In this document: piece by piece, positions 58,754 to 64,000 of the stretch
How positions within the stretch are numbered: position 1 is the first letter of the stretch
How the letters are laid out: each line of letters starts with the position of its first letter
Assembly (NCBI GenBank): GCA_023394045.1
Contig: JAEXBN010000043.1
Location: 12,208 to 76,207, forward strand
Reading direction: 5' to 3'
Source of the DNA: Bacillota bacterium
GTDB lineage: Bacteria; Bacillota; Clostridia; Tissierellales; Peptoniphilaceae
Length of the DNA stretch: 64,000 nucleotides
Notes under the pieces: generated by a model
Told to the model about the DNA's origin: nothing
Seen by the model: only the letters and a program-made list of their open reading frames with translations
The model's database searches: none
Translations under genes and position numbers: made by a program

Positions 58754-60532
58754 TTATACCCGACTCAGCCGGATATCTGTGATTTTCAATTGCAAGGTCA
58801 TGCGTCCCTGATACACATTCCACTCTGGAACGTACAATATATCCACGTAGACGGTGGGCTGCTCCCCCATGAGAAGCGGACGGACCGCTTTCTCATCCGG
58901 GTCCTGTTCCATCAATGATTCCACCAGCCGATCTCCGCGGAAAGCGACCGCCTTTCTTCGAACTCCGCCGTGCATCAAGATCGCCTGCAAGACGTTGCGG
59001 TTTGCGCCCACTAAACGCAGCATTAAAAGTTGGCAATGCTTTGCGGCAAAGAGAGGCTGCGGATTTCCCTTTCCGAATGGTTCGAAAAGTGCCAGCTGAT
59101 CCATGGATTCCTTCGTGATGCGTTCAAAAGCGACTTGCCCGTCGGCTTCCAGGAGGGGCTCAAAATCCGAGGCGCTCAAGGAAGACTCCTGATTCCACAA
59201 CGTGCGGAGTGAATCAAAATCCTTCTTGCGGATCGTCATCCCGCACGCCATGGCATGACCCCCAAACGCCACATATTGATCGCGATGGCGGTTGAGCGAC
59301 TCAAACATCGGATAGGCTTCAATGCTCCTTCCCGACCCCTTGAGCAGCGCTTCTCCTTCCGAGTGCGCGTCCGTAAAGATCAGCGTCGGACGGTGAAATT
59401 CCTCCTTGACCCGACCGGCAATGAGGCCGCATAGGCTTTCATGGACATCCGGAAGATATTCAACGATCAGGGATCCGAGCGGCTTTTGGCGAATCTGTTC
59501 CAGCGCCTGTTCAACGCCATCCATCGTCATTTTTTTTCGCTCATTATTGAGGCGAACCAACTCCTGCGCGTAAAGAGTGACATTCTCTGAGGAGGAATCG
59601 ATGAACAACTCGACTCCAAGACGTGCCGTCATCAGCCGTCCCGATGAGTTGATGCAGGGTCCAATCAAAAAGCCGCAGGTGTAGCTGTCGATCGTTTGAT
59701 TCCAATGCAGCTCTTGGAGAAGCGCCTGCAGCCCTGGATTTTTTGACTCATTGAGTGCCTTTAGACCCAAAGAGACAATCGCACGATTTTCCCCTTCCAG
59801 ATCCATCATGTCGCAGATGGTCGCCAGTGCGGCAAAGCCCAGCAATTCATCCATCTCCGGAATCGGCTGATTCAGCCGGAGGGAAAGTGCCTGAATCAAC
59901 TTAAAAGCGACGGCAGCGCCGCATAATTTTTCAAACGGATAGGTTTCTCCTTGCACGTGTGGATTGATGAGCGCATCGCAGGGCGGTCGATGAAAAACAC
60001 CTTCTTCATAGACCGGCTCATGATGGTCGGTAACGATCACGGGAATCTGGAGCATTTCCGCTTCTTCCAACGCTTCAAAAGCGGCGATGCCATTATCCAC
60101 CGTAATCAGAAGACCCACTTCATCCTGAAGAGCCTCCTGAACATGCGACGGCTGAATCCCATATCCATCATCAACGCGGCTCGGAATCGCATAGCTGACG
60201 GCAGTCTGAGGATCCGTCCCAATGATGCGCGCCGCAGCCCGGATCCCCTTCATCAAAATCGCTGTGGATGCCACGCCGTCTTGGTCATAATCGCCGACAA
60301 TACGGATCGGCGTTTCCGACTCCAGACAAAGCAAAAGAGTTTCCACCGCATTCTCCATTTCCTGAAATAAAAAAGGAGAATAAAGTTGTTCTTCAGACGG
60401 CTCAAGAAAGGACGCGGCTTGCTCTGGAGAAATGCCCCGGTTCGCCAGAAGAAGACAGGTCAGCGGGGACAGCGAGGTCGACTGACGCAGCTGATCATAT
60501 TTCACCCGGTTATTTTTTAGAAACCATTTCAT
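58754..60532 (-). CDS. recJ: Single-stranded-DNA exonuclease RecJ
   Basis: GDYDQDG, TVDNG, TDHH, GSGRS, GGHAMACG, EPFGKGNPQP. Confidence 0.95.
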   Translation of the reverse strand: MKWFLKNNRVKYDQLRQSTSLSPLTCLLLANRGISPEQAASFLEPSEEQLYSPFLFQEMENAVETLLLCLESETPIRIVGDYDQDGVASTAILMKGIRAAARIIGTDPQTAVSYAIPSRVDDGYGIQPSHVQEALQDEVGLLITVDNGIAAFEALEEAEMLQIPVIVTDHHEPVYEEGVFHRPPCDALINPHVQGETYPFEKLCGAAVAFKLIQALSLRLNQPIPEMDELLGFAALATICDMMDLEGENRAIVSLGLKALNESKNPGLQALLQELHWNQTIDSYTCGFLIGPCINSSGRLMTARLGVELFIDSSSENVTLYAQELVRLNNERKKMTMDGVEQALEQIRQKPLGSLIVEYLPDVHESLCGLIAGRVKEEFHRPTLIFTDAHSEGEALLKGSGRSIEAYPMFESLNRHRDQYVAFGGHAMACGMTIRKKDFDSLRTLWNQESSLSASDFEPLLEADGQVAFERITKESMDQLALFEPFGKGNPQPLFAAKHCQLLMLRLVGANRNVLQAILMHGGVRRKAVAFRGDRLVESLMEQDPDEKAVRPLLMGEQPTVYVDILYVPEWNVYQGRMTLQLKITDIRLSRV

Positions 60533-60606
60533 CTCTTTTCCTTTCGTATTGAGCACTCGACAACCATAGGACACCGCAGCGGAAGCCCGCGTCAACTCCA
60601 AAGACG

Positions 60607-60631
60607 AAAAAAGGCGGACATGGGTCCGCCT
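60607..60631 (-). terminator. Intrinsic terminator after yajC
   Basis: AGGCGGAC-ATGG-GTCCGCCT hairpin with a T-run on the minus strand. Confidence 0.8.
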
Positions 60632-60640
60632 CCGTACCGG

Positions 60641-61039
60641 TTATTCCTCTGATTCTTCCGAACGGAACAAATTCTGATCCGCATCCGCCTCTGCCTCCGA
60701 TTCAGCGTCGATGACGGTTTCGTCAGAAGCAGCGGAGTCGCTGCTTGCAGCTGCTTCTTGTTCCTCATATCCTTGGACAGGCTTTACGACATAGGAAAGA
60801 GCGTTTTTCAGAAACTCGACTCGCATATGATCGCTTCCTGTCTCAATCTCAAAGGCATCATCCCGAAGCGCCGTGATCCGTCCTCGGATCCCTCCAATCG
60901 TGACCACCATATCGCCGATCTTCAGCTCATCCCGCTGCTTCTGCATCTGCTCCGCGCGCTTCTTTTGCGGCCGAATCGTGAAAAAATAAAGGAATCCAAA
61001 CATGACAATCAGTAAAATAAACGGGGAAAATTGTGGCAT
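60641..61039 (-). CDS. yajC: Preprotein translocase subunit YajC
   Basis: YFFTIRPQKKR, GDMVVTIGGIRG; follows tgt; acidic C-terminal tail. Confidence 0.95.
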   Translation of the reverse strand: MPQFSPFILLIVMFGFLYFFTIRPQKKRAEQMQKQRDELKIGDMVVTIGGIRGRITALRDDAFEIETGSDHMRVEFLKNALSYVVKPVQGYEEQEAAASSDSAASDETVIDAESEAEADADQNLFRSEESEE

Positions 61040-61141
61040 CAGGACCTCCTGTCCTCATCGTTGCGCAGGATCCGGATCCGTTTTCCGGGCGCTGGTTCGT
61101 CATTAACGCATCTATTCTATCACAAGTCCCGTCCTGCACGC

Positions 61142-63495
<2,354 letters not shown>

Positions 63496-63505
63496 GTCTT
63501 TTCCT

Positions 63506-64000
63506 CTATTCCCTATACGCATGCGGCGGCCTGCGCCCCATATATTCATATGCTTTTGAAGTGAGGATCCGCCCTCTAGGCGTGCGCGCCAAAAAGCCGA
63601 TCTGCAGCAAGAAGGGCTCGATGACGTCCTCAATGGTGCCGCTTTCTTCTCCAAGCGACGCCGCTACGGTATCCAATCCGACGGGCCCCCCATGAAAATG
63701 ATCGGCGATGATCTGTAGGAATCGCCGATCATCCCGGTCAAGCCCCAGCGCGTCGACTTCCAGCATGGTCAGCGCTCTTTCCGTCATCTCCGGCGTAATT
63801 GATCCCGACCCTGAAACCTGTGCAACATCACGAACACGCTTGAGAAGCCGGTTGGCCACACGAGGCGTTCCTCGAGAACGGCGTCCAATTTCCAACGCGG
63901 ACTCCGCATCAATGGCGATTCCTAAAATCGCCGCAGAACGGCTGACGACCTGCGCCAATTCTTCAGGCTGATATAACTCGAAGGTGATCAATACTCCAAA
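63506..64000 (-). CDS. ruvB: Holliday junction helicase RuvB, C-terminal part (truncated by window edge)
   Basis: [30 protein letters not shown]. Confidence 0.96.
   Translation of the reverse strand, partial: FGVLITFELYQPEELAQVVSRSAAILGIAIDAESALEIGRRSRGTPRVANRLLKRVRDVAQVSGSGSITPEMTERALTMLEVDALGLDRDDRRFLQIIADHFHGGPVGLDTVAASLGEESGTIEDVIEPFLLQIGFLARTPRGRILTSKAYEYMGRRPPHAYRE

Overview
Chromosomal core-genome window from a roughly 50% GC anaerobic Firmicute. The gene content and order are Clostridia/Tissierellia-like; this taxonomy is an inference. The left ~15.8 kb is mostly + strand: ftsK-pgsA-recA-rny, a DUF3137-like/lemA pair and argS-arcA-arcB-cbiK-like, with yfhO-like and glnS on the - strand. 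The remaining ~48 kb is almost entirely - strand housekeeping genes running from ruvB-queA-tgt-yajC through recJ-rel, aspS, der-plsY, sepF, lspA-ung-rluD, comM, efp-nusB-xseAB-ispA-argR-recN, scpAB-rluB, cmk-plsC-ispH/rpsA and miaB-mutS-mutL-miaA, to a ynbB-like gene, a yneA-like gene, tRNA-Leu, a ThrE pair and a MoxR-DUF58-transglutaminase operon. The two blocks converge at ~15.8 kb, which suggests the replication terminus. At that point sits a perfectly palindromic dif-like site (TTGTCACAAAA-TCAATA-TTTTGTGACAA), 5 kb from a lone XerS-like tyrosine recombinase. This candidate single-recombinase chromosome-dimer resolution system is the best lead in the window. Other leads are two LexA boxes on a yneA-like promoter with no adjacent lexA, a degenerate GIY-YIG-like protein heading the MoxR operon, a stand-alone FakA middle domain, a possible internal S1 start in the IspH-S1 fusion, and many genes missing from normally conserved loci. 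I saw no CRISPR array, IS element or prophage. All family calls come from motif recognition by eye, with no database searches.
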